The notes under the pieces were generated by a model. It did not search any database. It was given only the letters and a program-made list of their open reading frames with translations, and had not been told where the DNA came from. Below, in pieces: positions 37,385 to 50,794 of a stretch of DNA of 64,000 bases. Within the stretch, counting starts at the first letter, position 1; each line of letters opens with the position of its first letter. Source of the stretch: Rhina ancylostomus (Eukaryota); contig JARFYF010000012.1 in the NCBI GenBank assembly GCA_030265395.1, forward strand, positions 12,872,741 through 12,936,740, written 5' to 3'. The translations under genes were made by a program, and so were the position numbers.

Positions 37385-40300
37385 AACACATATATGTCTT
37401 TTGACCAGCGGTGCATTGCTCTTCTTTAGAACAAGTCTACACGAGGCCTTTACGTGGGCGTTTTCCAATACGGTTTAATGTACAATGAGGTCGTTATTCT
37501 TTTTATTCAATTTACATTTATTGGATCCCTTTCACATACTGATTCCAAATACCGCGTTTAGGGCGCCTTCTATTTCGTAAGAAGGGGATTAGTTAATCTC
37601 ATTTGAAATAGTTCTTATATAAAGAAATGTAAGTACGCATTCTAATTGGTGGGACATGGTGTCTGAGGGGGATTATTCAGCATTGCTGCCAAATGAAAAA
37701 CAAAATCAATTCATTTTCCGTTCACTAAAATTAAATGGCAGATCAGAAGATCAGACATTTCAAGCTTTTAAGTCATCAACATTTCCCTGTTGGTTAAAAT
37801 AAATTTCAAGGTTTTTTTTTGGAAACCATTATTTTAATAAATAAACCTTCGCGCATCTAAAAACTGCGATCAAGACATAATGCAAAGTCCAGTAAAGGAC
37901 GTGTTTAGCTATTGTTCCTTATATTTACCATTGCAATACGTTTCAGCAATTCATGTAAGATTATATCTCTTTAAATCGCATTAATATTTGAGGCACTATT
38001 TAAATTAACCAAATAAAATGTGTAGAATAACCAGGCTAAGTCTGAAGATTCATCCGGTGAAACCGCTCAACACTAAGCTAATGCTCTTTGAGACTAAACC
38101 AAAATTAATTGCTAGCAGGATTTTGTTTCACGAGGAGGTGGGCTGCACAAAAACACTCTTAAAAAGTAAAGGTGAAATTGCTGGAATAGAGGTAGAATTA
38201 ATCCAGCTGAAAGATTCGTGTAACCAAATGGTTTCCAAATTCTTGGGATAACGAATAGTTTTAAGGTTCTCCCTTTAAAAAGAAACGAATTTCCAGCGCC
38301 ATCAGAACCGAGCCAGCAATGAGCACCCCTCGGGTTTCTCTGAGGTCATTTCAAGTTGCAACAGCTTTTTTTAAAAATATATCCTTGCATACATCCTTTC
38401 ACACCGTATGGGCGTCGCCCGTTATTTATTGCCTCTCCTTCATTACCCCGAGTGGCTCCTTAAGCAACTTGTGAAGCGAACGAAGCGTCAATAACATCTT
38501 TACTGCCTGATCGATGTTGCGACTTGTAAAGTTCATATTCGGATTGTTACCAAACCGTTAGTAAAAGTTGTTGGTCGTTTTAAATTGCGAAACAGAAATG
38601 TAAAATGCAATTATCAATTCATTTCACTCATAGCGTATAAGCATCTGGAGCAGAGTAGTTCTAGCATGCACGATCCTTAATTATATACCATTGTCGGTGT
38701 AAAATACGCATGTTCTACAGGATGAGAGAACAAGATCTTGAGAGGACGCCTTGAAAAATCAAAGATACGGACGAAGAGGATGTCATCAGCACTAAAAGAG
38801 ACACTTGCAGTTACAGAGAGCCGTTCAAGTCCCTTTCAGGATGTGCCAAAAATTTTATACAGACAACGAGTTACCTTTGAATTGTAATTACTGCAGCACT
38901 ATAGGAAGCTATCCCTCTAAAGAAAATAGCACTGGTTTTCAAAGCAACTAATTAACTGCCAAGAATGTCTAACAGCAAGCAGCAAGATTGGCTGTTTATC
39001 CGCAAATTGGTTGATTTCCACTTACTGCTCGCCAAACTGAATCATACTAATCTTCATTCCAATAGATTTTAACAGGGCTAAGTTCACCTTTACATGCTAA
39101 TGTTATGAAACAGCACTTTGGTAACGTGCCACTACAGTGCTTTGAATGTTCAAACAATTGCCCACTTGGAACACAGATGAGGAAGCAACAAGTTGCAAGG
39201 GTTCAACTCTGAAGACACCTTGAAAAGTTATCTCTATGTTTTGACTGAATGTAAGATTTACTATGTGGGGCAACGTTTGAAAAAAAGACAGAATTAGAAA
39301 GAATTATGCCTATCGTTGGCATACTTCCTGGAACTCAGTTATTCCGCTTACAATATCCTTATCATTTCACCATTCAACAAAAAAACACTTATGCTTGCAA
39401 GTCCTAGAAGTGTTGACTCTCAATAATTATCACAGTTTCACAGGAATATTTGCATCAAAGCATTAACTGCAGGGTGTTTGCCCACAAAAATTAATTCATA
39501 TTATTATATTTCAATTGCATAATAGAATTCTGAAATAGCACCACTATTGTCAGTTGGAAATAATTACATCTTAAGGGACAGAGTGAATTGATAATCTGTT
39601 TCATTGCCAATAGTTTGTATGAAATGCAGTGAAAAAAATGAAAAGGTGGTGACTCCAATAGAGACCATTGCTACTCACAACACTTTCCCCAGAGATGGGT
39701 GGATTGCTCCTTCCTTCATCAATAAAAGAAATGCTTTGCAATCATGTTCAGGCTTTCCCTGAAACTCTGGATGCAATAATGTAAATCAGTATTACATAAC
39801 TTGTAACTGAAGTCATACAACAAACATTACAGAACACTTTTGGGTCCTTTTCCCTCCCAGATTCTAAAAACTTTCTCAAACACTTTTTCATCTGGACAAT
39901 ACCTTTTTAAGAATACTGACTGCTGATTAGAATCAGGACCACTGATCTTTAAAACCTTACAAAGATTGTAAGATCATGTGTTGAACACATGTTTTATTGC
40001 CAAATAAGTTTATGATCTAATTGTTTGCAGCTAAGGGAAGATTTATCACAGTGTCTGGCATACAGCAAATGATAGTATCTCTATAATCTAAATCATTAAA
40101 TAAATTATGCTGTGTACCTGCAGAATTGTAAATTAACCGTCTGGTCACAGATTCCTTACGTAAAGCTCAATTTGATTAAACTGAGTGAACTATTCTGAAT
40201 TCATGCTAGATACCCTATAGGTAGAGTACATTGTTACTTTAAATTAGGCACAACAATCTAATCAAAGCAATAAATATTGTGAAAAATTAGGAGACATTTA

Positions 40301-40419
40301 TTTCTGGAGTGATGAGCCTATTACTAAAATCAGTCTGTCCTAAAATCCTGATGTTATAGGTGTTTGGAGATTTTCTGCCTCACCAGCAGCAGCACAATTG
40401 TGGAAAGAAGTGATAGATA

Positions 40420-41190
40420 AACTTTGAAAAGTATGTAAGAAGAATAGGGAAGTGTGTTTTATTGGAAAGAAACACTGCAGTACAGAGGGATGTGGGTATC
40501 CTTATACATGAAGCAGAAATTTGGCATGCAGGCAAAACAAGTAATTCAGAGGGTAAATGGAATGTTGGCACTTATGGTAAAAGGGGTGGATTATAAAAGT
40601 TAGGATATCTTGGCACATCTATACAGGGTAAGACCATGCCTGCAGTACTGCATACAATTTTGGTGCCCTCATTTAAGGAGGAACACATTTGTATTGAAGG
40701 CAGTTCAGAGAAAGTTCACTATGTTCATTCCTGGGTTGTTTTATGAAGAAAGGTTCAGCAGGTTAGGCCTATGCTCATCAGAGATTGGAGGAATGAGAAG
40801 TGATCTTATGGAAACATATGAGATTTTGAGGGGACTTGACAGAGTGGATGCTGAGAGGATGTTTCCCTGCCCTGAGGAATTAGAACTAGGGGGCATAGTT
40901 TCAGAACAAGGAGTTAGACATCCAAGACAGAGATGAGGAGGAATTTCTTTTCTCAGAAGATTGAAAATATTTTGAATTCTCTACCTTAGAGAGCTGTGGA
41001 GGCAGAGTCAATGAACATATAAGATTGATGGGCATTTAAACTGCAAGGGAGTCAAGGAATATGGTGTGAGAGCAGGAAAGTGGTGTTCAGGCCAAGAGTG
41101 GATCAGTCATGATCTTATTGAATGGCAGAGCAGGCTGGAGGAAACACATGGCTCACTCCTGCTCCCGCATTTTTCTTTTTATGTTCTAAA
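40420..41190 (+). mobile_element. CR1 LINE, 3' portion with tail
   Basis: VRPCLQYCIQFWCPHLRRNTFVLKAVQRKFTMFIPGLFYEERFSRLGLCS...DLMETYEILRGLDRVDAERMFP, followed by the CR1 3' UTR ending ttatgttcta. Confidence 0.9.
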
Positions 41191-42799
41191 AGAATTAGTA
41201 AATTATGTATCTGCGCAGCATGACAGGATATTTTTGTTGCAGGGAAGCAGCAAGAGAGCCTCGGTAGGGGTACTGAGAATCCTTACAAATGTTCCAAAGC
41301 ATTGAAGCAGGAGCCCCTGTTAAAGCAGCTGCTTTTAATGAAAGTCCACAATTTCATATTGAAAAATTATTTAGTTGGATTTTCTCAGGTTCTGGGCTAA
41401 AGTATTAAAACACCGCATATTGATTCAATGCACACTTTGTACAAATTAGTCAACCTGCAGAATATCTTGGCCATATTTGCTTCAACCTTTGTTGGTTCAA
41501 TAGGCAGAGGAATTGCTACAAAATATTGCATATCTTCAGAGATGTATGCGTGTACCAACTGCAAGTCCATGGGCATGTTATTATGAGGTCACAGCACCAG
41601 AATGTTTTTCACACTACAGGATCAACAACAAACAGCTCCATTATCATTCTGAGTGGACCATGATGTGAGTGATAAATTTATCTTTTATATTGTAACTTAG
41701 TGTTTTGTTCTTTTAAATATGATTAAAATAACAGACAATTGGTTTAAATTGTAGGAGCTAGCCATTGGTACATATGTATTCCTTCTACAAAGCAAGTACT
41801 TCAAGGTTCAACTATTTTGCTGTATTTTCCTTTGTGAATTCATTCCAACATTAATTGAAAGAGATACTTGTAAGTTGTTCCATCAGGAAATCTTATTGAT
41901 TTCCCATCATGAGAGCAAAGGAATGGGGTGCAGGAATGTAAGGCAATGGTTTTAAATGAGAGGGAAGGTTGAGCTCTGTTCAGCAAGTTAAAAGATGAAT
42001 TAACAGATAAAAGAAAGGAAAGGCAAAAAGAAAGCTGATTATTACTGAAATGCATTCTTGCACAAATACATTGAATGTGAATTTAAAACTCTCATAAAAA
42101 TATCATACTATTGTGTTTTGACGTCTAAGGTTGTAGAAACAGCCTAAGACACGCGTGGAGCTGAAAACAGTGCTGTCTCAGCTGTAATGGTTAAATGGTC
42201 CCCTGCCACACTGTACCCATTGTTGTTACGGTATAGTACTGGTAGTTAATTGCTTGTGATACCCAAGCAGATTTTGGCACTCGCATTTAGATTTCCACTT
42301 TCAAATAATGGGGACAATTTTTCAGTGAAACTTGTTGTAGTTTAAAGCAGGGTAATTATAGTTATCATGAGAGCTTTCTGTTGGCACATGAGTGTATTGC
42401 AACATCAATTACTAATAACTGTTAAAATGTAGTCTTGCCTTGACAAAAAAAATATCTAGTAGGGCTTTTTTTTGTAAATTGCTGCTGTCAATGACCTTTT
42501 TTTAAACTGAGCCTTTTAAATCAATTGAAACTGAAATTTGATTACCTGGTGTGCACCAACAACAAAACATTAATTCACTGAATCTTAGCATTCTCATTCA
42601 AGCTTCTACCATAATAGAAATTATCATTTAAATAAATCTGCTAATTACAACAGAATTTTTTAAAAACTTGCCACTTCATAGAAAATTCATACTTGACTCG
42701 TACATTACACAAATTACAGGAATTTATCATCATTGCAGTAGCTTTAAACATAAAAGAGCACTTTTTCTTTCATATGCATTTTCATTTATATTCTTTATC

Positions 42800-43050
42800 T
42801 TTTTATCTGCTTCTCCATATCTTGCTTCTCGCAATGTCGCCAATCTCCTTCAGACCTATAACCATATGCACTCCTCCAGTTTTGCACTCTAGATTATCCC
42901 TGAATTTATTGATTTCACCACAGGCAGCCATAGCTCCAACCTCCTGAAATGCTCTCCTTCTCTCTACCTCCTTAAACATAACTCCTAATCAATGCTTTTG
43001 GTCATTTCCCCAAATGTATTTCTTTGTGGCAAAGTTACCAATTGATGTTG
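42800..43050 (+). mobile_element. Degenerate L2 LINE 3' end
   Basis: Pyrimidine-rich ctccttcagacctataacc...ctctctacctcctt...aatgcttttggtcattt.cccaaatg, resembling the L2 3' region (recalled). Confidence 0.45.
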
Positions 43051-44763
43051 ACAGCATTTTCCTCTTTTCTCTATGGCAAAAGTTGGTCTAATTTGGTAAC
43101 TAAGTGATTCCAAAGCCAATGGTCAATTTGAAGTACACCGTAGTAATGGGTGTGCTGATGGATGATTTTTGGTTGTTCAAGAAATCAGAATGTGGTCAAT
43201 GCAGAAGACCATTAATTATTTTGTGTCATTGCTGCAAATCCTGAATCAAGACTACTTTTACCACTTGATATTTAAACTCAAGATTGGTATATTTAGCAAC
43301 TGGAGTTAAATTATTCTTCCTGCAAGTAAGTTCCACAACTCATCAAGAATATAACTAGTACCAATATGAGGAATGGTGAAGACTGTAATTCAGACCCTGG
43401 TAGAACATATAATATTTTAGCAATTCTATCAGAAAAATAAAACAAAAATAAAGCATAATGTCAAATAAAGACCTTTTAAGGAAAGAAATCTACAGCCATG
43501 GTAATACAGAAAGGTAGGAGCAAGTCACTGGTAATGTATAAATAACTGCAAGCAAGTACAATGAAGTATCTTTATATGGTCCAGCTAATGAAAAATAATA
43601 TTATTTATATTCAATATATCTCAGTGTGTATCTTTGTGATTATCCATAATTGATAACCTGACCATTTCAAGAATATGTGGCAATTTTGGAATGAAGTTCA
43701 GAAAGTGAAATTTCTTGAAGACCTATATTTTGCACTTGTTTGAATGAGTGATTGTAATATTGCAAAGACCTTTCTTCAAATCGGGTAGCAGATCTATAGA
43801 ATGGGATATCATAGTCAATAAGATCCTGGACTTTGATCATTAACATACCAATACTTGGATGTGCACAGTAGTTTCATTATTTTATCTCTTGCCTGCTTGA
43901 AAAGTGATGAGAAGCAGTGTGGTTGACAGCTTGTGCTTTTCTTGCTCTGCCTACTCTTGTTAAGCCTGCTCCCTACAGGTTAGGAAAGGTGGACTCAGTT
44001 CTCCTGTANNNNNNNNNNNNNNNNNNNNCGAAAATACTTTCCCTAGCCATCTGCCTGTAGGCTCAGCAAGAGTTCCCTTGACAGTCTTATCTTCCGACCT
44101 TGGTGTTGCAGAAATTCTGTTTGTTCTCCTGTAAGTTACTTGAGGCCATCTCTGTAATCCTCTCCCAGTGCTGCAATCTTGAGAAAGCATCAATATCACT
44201 AGTTACATATGTTGACAAAAGCTGGTGGAAGAACCACTGCTTCCTCTCAGGAAATTTCAGTTATTTTAAATTGTACTCTTCCCACAAACTCTCCTTCATT
44301 TGAGGTTCACCATATAATGTACAAATGAGCTGACCTTACTAATTCTGGCAAGGCCTGTAGGGCACATAACCAGCAGGAGGAAGTTTAAACCATCTGCTCT
44401 AACTGCTGCTTAAATGATCCTGCAGATATTTGAGATCAATCACATTGTAATAAATCCCAACATTGCAATACAATAATAGAATGATTGAAGTGTCAGAAGT
44501 TGTCCCATATTTAAAGTAATATATCACAAATGGGATGTTTTGCAACAGACTACTCTTTATCATCTTTCACCTCAGTATGATTAATGTTATGATAATCTCA
44601 GTTAAAACAAAACATACTGTTTTTTTGATTACGCCTGGTTATCCCTGAGCTTTAATAGAAGTTAGACTTTAGGCAATAGGGGATGCTCTTCTAAACTTAA
44701 AACTTAAGTCTATTATTGGGGAAAAATAAATTTAGTTATATTGTTCCTCTGTTTCTTTGTTTG

Positions 44764-46020
44764 AAATTGGTAAATTGGTTTATTATCGTCACATGTACCG
44801 AGGTACAGTGAAAAACTTGTCTTGCATACCATTCATACAGGTCAACTCATTGCACCATGCATTGAGGTAGTACAAGGTAAAACAATAATTGAATGCAGAA
44901 TAAAGTGTTACAGTTCCAGAGAAAATGCAGTGCAGGTAGATAGTAAGGTGCAAGGTCATAACGAGTTAGATTGTAAGGTCAAGAGTCCATACTATTGTAT
45001 GAGGGGACCATTCAATAGTCTTATAACAGCGGGATAGAAGCTGTCCTTGAGCCTGGTGATAAGTGCTTTCAGGCTTTTGTATCGTCTGCCCGATGGGGGA
45101 GGGGAGAAGAGGGAATATCCAGCATGGGTAGGATCTTCAATTATACTGGCTGCTTTACCAAGGCAGTGAGATGTGTAGACAGAGCCCATAGATGGGAGGC
45201 TGGTTTCTGTAATGTGCTGAGCAGTGTCCACAACTCTCTGCAGTTTCTTGTGGTCACATGCAAAGCAGTTGCCATACCAAGCCGTGATGTATCCAGATAG
45301 GATGCTTTCTGTGGTGCATTGATAAAAATTGGTGAGGGTTGATGGGAACATGCCAAATTTCTTTAGCCTCCTGAGGAAGTAGAGGCACTGGTGAGCTTTC
45401 TTGGTGGTGGCATCTGTACTGTTGGACCAGAACAGGCTATTGGTGATGTTCACTCCTAGGAACTTGAAGCTTTCATCCCTCTCGACCTCAGCACCGTTGA
45501 TGTAGATAGGTGCAGGTGCACTTGCTCCGCTTCCTGAAGTCAATGACCAGCTCTTTTGTTTTGCTGACATTGAGGGAAAGGTTGTTGTCATGACACCATT
45601 TCACTAGGTTCCCTATCTCCTTCCTGTACTCTGACTCATCGTTATTTGAGATCCGGCCCACTACAGTGGTATCATCTGCAAACTTGTAGATGGAGTTAGA
45701 GCAGAATTTGGCCACGCAGTCAAAAGTATATAGGGAGTAGAATAGAGGGCTGATGAAGCAGCCTTGTAGGGCTTCAGTGTTGATAATAATCGTGCTAGAG
45801 GTTTTGCTGCTTATCTTTACATTGCCATCTGTTGGTCAGGAAGTCAAAGATCCAGTTGCAAAGAGCTGAGTCCCAGGTCTCGGAGTTTAGAGATGAGTTT
45901 GTTTGGAATTATAGTATTTACGGTGGAGCTGTAATCTTTGCTGTCCAGATGCTCCAAAGATGAGTGTAGGGCCAGGGCAATGGCGTCCGCCATAGACCTG
46001 TTTCAGCGGTAGGCAAATTA
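44764..46020 (-). mobile_element. Rex1/Babar-type LINE, about 1.25-kb 3' fragment with RT motif
   Basis: SNSIYKFADDTTVVGRISNNDESEYRKEI...LSLNVSKTKELVIDFRK and FKFLGVNITNSLFWS...LYFLRRLKKFG...ESILSGYITAWYGNC...RRYKSLKALITRLKDSFYP. Same 3' UTR and CCAATTTA tail as 480-1015; frameshifted. Confidence 0.93.
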
Positions 46021-46203
46021 CAATATGGAGATGTGGGCATTAACATAAAATATGAACTGATTTCTTGTTCATCTCTGAAATTCATCAGCTTCAGGTGCTG
46101 AAGTTCATGGCTTTCTGGGTTTCAATACTTAGGTAAACCCCATAAGGTTATTTCTATTTTAACTAAATATTATAATTAACAGCATGTGTTGTATATTCAG
46201 CTT

Positions 46204-46222
46204 TGGCCTACAGATGGCGCTG
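46204..46222 (+). promoter_or_regulatory. CTCF-like motif
   Basis: TGGCCTACAGATGGCGCTG; two mismatches to the core consensus; keeps a CpG in a CpG-depleted region. Confidence 0.4.
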
Positions 46223-47296
46223 CTTATATAACCATACGACCTATTTACCTCACCTATGTCACAAAAGGCAAAAATTGTTCTAGATGTTAGAAATATTGAA
46301 AGCTGTTCTCTTTACATGACAAAGAAATGCACTTGATAGTATTATTAACTAGCTCAATATTGCTCAATAACTAGCCCATTTGCAATGTGAAGATTGGCTG
46401 AAGAATATGTGAAAAAGTTTTGTGGTTCATATGATTCATAAAATCTGGAATTTTTGGAGTGATTCACCTGATGGTCCACTATAACCTTGGTAGATCAGCT
46501 CCAGTGAAACAATACTGCATTTGGAGGTAGACGGTGAGCCATTCTCTGGTGCCAGTAAATTCTAACTATTATTATATGTGGTAGAGACCGGAAGCATCAG
46601 AAGAAGGATACATACTCTAGTGCAGACTAACAATAACTAACATGTGTGCTTACAACATAAGTATGATGACATTACATAACTTTCCAAATCCACAAGACAT
46701 ACTTACATACCATACTGTATTGCCCCTTTGAAAAAGAGTGTGAAATACTTTCAGCAATTACAGATCCAATCTGTTACTTGTTATTTTTTCAGATGCTTAG
46801 ACCTTCTGCATTTGGATCTCTGGCACTGTAGTTACTGCTTGATTGGAATAATCTGTGAATGTATGTGCTCTTCAGTAAGTGATTCTATATCCATTTCTGG
46901 AATAAATTCATTCTCACATATGTCTTCAAGGTGTTCCAGTGTGAGTCATGTAATCACTTGGTCAATTTAGACACATCAATAGCAATAGCAAATTTCAATT
47001 TCAAATATCAAAACCAAATATCAATAGCACTAAAGACTTGTAGAACCTCACCAACCCTCTTCTTTGTCATACTTCCCCATCAGTTTAACACTCTCGCTTT
47101 TTCATGTTGCCTGAATCACTTTCCTTTGCCTCTTCCTAATAACTTGCTTGGATACAAATCAGCATTTAGGTTTTGTTTCATCTGCCACCTCTCCATTCTC
47201 TCCTCCAAGCCTGGCCATACCAAACTCAAGAATGTTCAAAGTCCGTAACACATCAAAGCTCTGCATGGTCGAAACCTGTGGTAGAAGGTGGCCTCA

Positions 47297-47418
47297 TGGA
47301 GACACAAGAGATCCTACAGATCTGGAATCTAGAGCAACACACACATACAGTGCTGGAGGAACTCAGCAGGTCAATGCTGCCTGACCTGCTGAGTTCCTCC
47401 AGCACTTTGTATATGTGT
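47297..47418. mobile_element. Fold-back Penelope-like terminal repeat derivative
   Basis: ggagacacaagaga...ctggaatctagagcaa followed by a perfect 25-bp inverted repeat (47349-47373 / 47382-47406). Confidence 0.75.
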
Positions 47419-48959
47419 CGTAGGTGGTGGCCTTGTGTGACACTTGAACAAGACATTAAGTAACTGATGATTCATTGTTAAACTAAAACATCCTATGAAA
47501 ATTTATTTCCTCAGAAAATGTACAGACATGCTCCTATATTGATAAGGCCAGGATAGTTTGGGGTAATTAATGAATGTTTTATTACATTACTCATCTCAAA
47601 GCATTCAGAAAAATAAAACCTGACTGGCCCACAGTCAAGCTGCAGCTCCTTAGATATAGCATATATTGCAAGGTTCCAGCTCAGGTTCTTAGCTGTATGT
47701 TCTGTTCTTGAGCAGGATCCCACATTTCTAACTTTAATCACTTTGTCTCTGGGTCAATAAGAACCAGTAAACTGCTGTTGCCTTTCTGACAAAAATTAAC
47801 ATGGACTCTCTGAAATGTTCATGTTGGCCAGCTGTAATGGTGAGTTGATGTACTGTACATGTTGATGCTAAATCTTCAAAATTTTTCTCAATGCTTCTGG
47901 CAGTTTTAACAATGTTGAAATGCTCTTAATGTAACACATCCACAAGTTATCCTCTCAAGACACAGGGGATAACTATTCTATATCCCACCTTGATCAGTGG
48001 ATATTCAAATGTTCTATCATAAAATATTTTCAGGTTTGCATTTGGACATTTATCCAAACTGGTCCAATCTCTGCAAGTGTGCTCACAGACTTCTCTCAAA
48101 AGTGTATCGTGAAGTTTTGTCTGAACATATTTACAGGTGTGACTAGAAATTCATGTTTTACGAGCTGCAATGTACAAATCATGCTTTCATCTCCATTTGG
48201 TCCATATGGAAAACTAGATTAAGCATCTGCTTGGACTGTAAACACATTTGTCCAATTGACCTCTGGTCTTCTTATTTAATCCTTTTCCAGAAATGTTGGC
48301 CACTCAGTGTGGTCATCTACAACTATTGGCAATTCTAACTGCTGACCATTATAATGCACAATACATTACATTTATATCAGTTCTTCTGCCAAGAAGATCT
48401 TGGGACTGTGTTTTCTTTCAAAGCTAGATGACTGAGTTTCCTGCTGTAAGTATTCCTACCCATGATGGAAATGTCTGCTGTTGTGTCATCTGCTGATTGA
48501 TAATCTTCCTAACTTTAAAATCCAGCTCCCATTGCCAATTATGTTATACATCAAGTCCGCATTATCTGCACCAGTTTTGATGTCACGCTAACTTCCGTCC
48601 TTGTTGGAGAAGTCCCTGTGCAGGTGCTGCACTAGTAATGCTGCCCTATTTTGTTGCTCAACGTTTGGATTTGCTGCATGCCCTTTATTCCAGTACATAT
48701 AGTACTTTGTCTCTTTAAAGGAACAGAATGCCTGCTTTTACATCTATATCAAGTATTCATTTCACTTGCACTAAAATGATGCTGACCCCATAATGAGGAG
48801 GATGCCAAGCATTTTGTCATCAGCTTAGAATAGTGATATTATACATTCTATTTAGTTTAACAAAACATTGTGATATGTGCAGCTAGCATTGCTATAAAGA
48901 CACTGGTATGGTAATGGTTAGTGTGTCAATAATGTGCTGAACAGTTTGAGTAAAGCTGG

Positions 48960-49280
48960 TTACCATAGTGATCTGCCAAATGAGGGGAAGTATTTGGCAT
49001 GTGACAGGAAGTTGCTTGGTCATATGTATAAAAGGAGATTTTTCCCCATTGATGAAGAGAACTTCTTTGGGTTGAGGTTGGAAGTGGTATTAAGGACTAT
49101 AAACAGGGAAGATTTACCATATTTGCTGTTGTCATGGTTTTGCAACATCAGAAGGGATGTGAGAGCATTGTTTTGTTTATTTTCTTGAGAACTGTTTATT
49201 TCCTGCATTGATTGAGTAGACTTTGTGTTTATACTGTAGTAGTGACTGAGTGGTGTCAAGGGTTATTGAAGACTCTTACA
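48960..49280 (+). mobile_element. Highly degenerate CR1 fragment
   Basis: Remnant order: gaagagaact...gggttgaggttggaagtggtattaaggactataaacagggaagatttaccat..., matching CR1 ORF2 3' layout. Confidence 0.35.
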
Positions 49281-49842
49281 TTTTCTGTTACTAGAAACAA
49301 CAGAAGGGATATGAGAACTTCACTTGAGTAATGTAAATTACTTGCTCTTGTTACTAATTGTGTAATCAAACAATTTTCTTGAACACATTCATTGGATCAG
49401 AGCCATATTGTAATAAACCAGTGTTTAGCAAGTTTGCTGCCCTTTTACTAAAAATTGCCATTACATTTGTGCCTGAAAATAAGTGAAATTTCATATTTTG
49501 TTTCACTGTCCCTTCCATCGAGATTGCAACCTTTCAAGCCAGCTTAAACGTGAAACTCTTCTTGGCTAACTACATGGACTGGATCTGTTCAGCATTTAAT
49601 TTGTCCTGCAGTGCAACTTAAATGCTGCAAAATTAATTTTAAATGGTTTTGATGATTTCTTCCCCCGCCCCCATGTCAAAGTTACAGCTCCTTGCAGGCT
49701 CAGCTGGCTGTGGGTTGAAATAATCCTCCAACTTCCCTACCACTTCTGAGTAACACTTTGGTAAATGTGCAATAGGTCTCAGCTAATCTGCTAACAAGGT
49801 GGTCGTTTTATGCTCTCGTGTGTATTCAGAATCTGTGAAGAA

Positions 49843-50056
49843 CTTTGTTTTGCATGCCATCTATACAGATCATTTCAAAATATAAGTATGTTGAGTTAAT
49901 ACAAAGGGAAAAGCAACAACAATGCAGAATATAGTGTAATTGAGAAAGTGCAGTGCAAGTAAACAGCTAAGGTGCAAGGGCCACAACAAAGTGGATTGAG
50001 ACATCAAGAGTTCAACTTTATTGTACAAGAGGTCTATTCAAGAGTCCTATAACAGC
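49843..50056 (-). mobile_element. Rex1/Babar 3' UTR fragment
   Basis: Collinear with 44815-45030 (ttgcat.ccat.tatacag...aatgcagaata.agtgt...gtgcagtgca.gta...taaggtgcaagg...ttcaa.agtc.tataacagc). Confidence 0.75.
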
Positions 50057-50794
50057 ACTGCGTCTATGCCCTTAAAATTATTTGGTGCCACAATATTGTT
50101 AACCTTAAGGAACAAAGTCAGTGTGATACTTCAGTCACCTCTGTTTAATTCTCTGCTCCTCCACATGGTACAGAGTACTACTGACTCAGCTGGCATTCAA
50201 GAAAGCCTTGTCACCTGCTTTATTTTCTCTGTTTGGCAGAAGTCTTGTGGTGAGTGCTGTCAATTAGTAATGTTCAGTAACTGGGTCAAAGTTTCTTGAA
50301 TTCTCCATTTCTTTTATTCCCAGAGCAGACACAAGTTGCTTGTTGCCAGCTGTAGTTTATTTGGAAATGGTCTGTATGCCCATCTTGTGGTGCTGGTAAA
50401 CTGTAAATACAATAAATTTCAAGTAGAGATTATTGTTGTATGGTGAAGTGTAGGTGAACTGGAAAAACTTGCTTACAGCAGCATCAGACATGTAGGTTCA
50501 GGCAACATGCAGAACATAAACATCAATATCTAGAAAACGCCAGGAGTTTCAGAACAAAGGTGTGTACTTGTAGACCAACAATCAATCTGTGCTTTTATAT
50601 GTGTGATATTATGTTACCAACTTGCATGATTTATTCTGCATTAAATGGTTCAGTCATCTGTTATTTCATTGTTTTCCACCAACCTTCTTCCAAGATCACA
50701 GCAGAGGATTACCACAGAAATGCATTTATTTTAATTTTTGTAGGATTGAGAGTCCCAAACAAAAGATAACTACTTCAAAAACAATAAATCATAA

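Noticed and set aside
44992-45715. Longest ORFs in the window (199 aa and 75 aa) as a host gene
   Set aside because: Frameshifted Rex1/Babar ORF2 remnants, not a cellular gene.
50378-50396. Possible third CTCF motif (CCACAAGATGGGC on minus strand)
   Set aside because: Mismatch at the near-invariant GGC core position.
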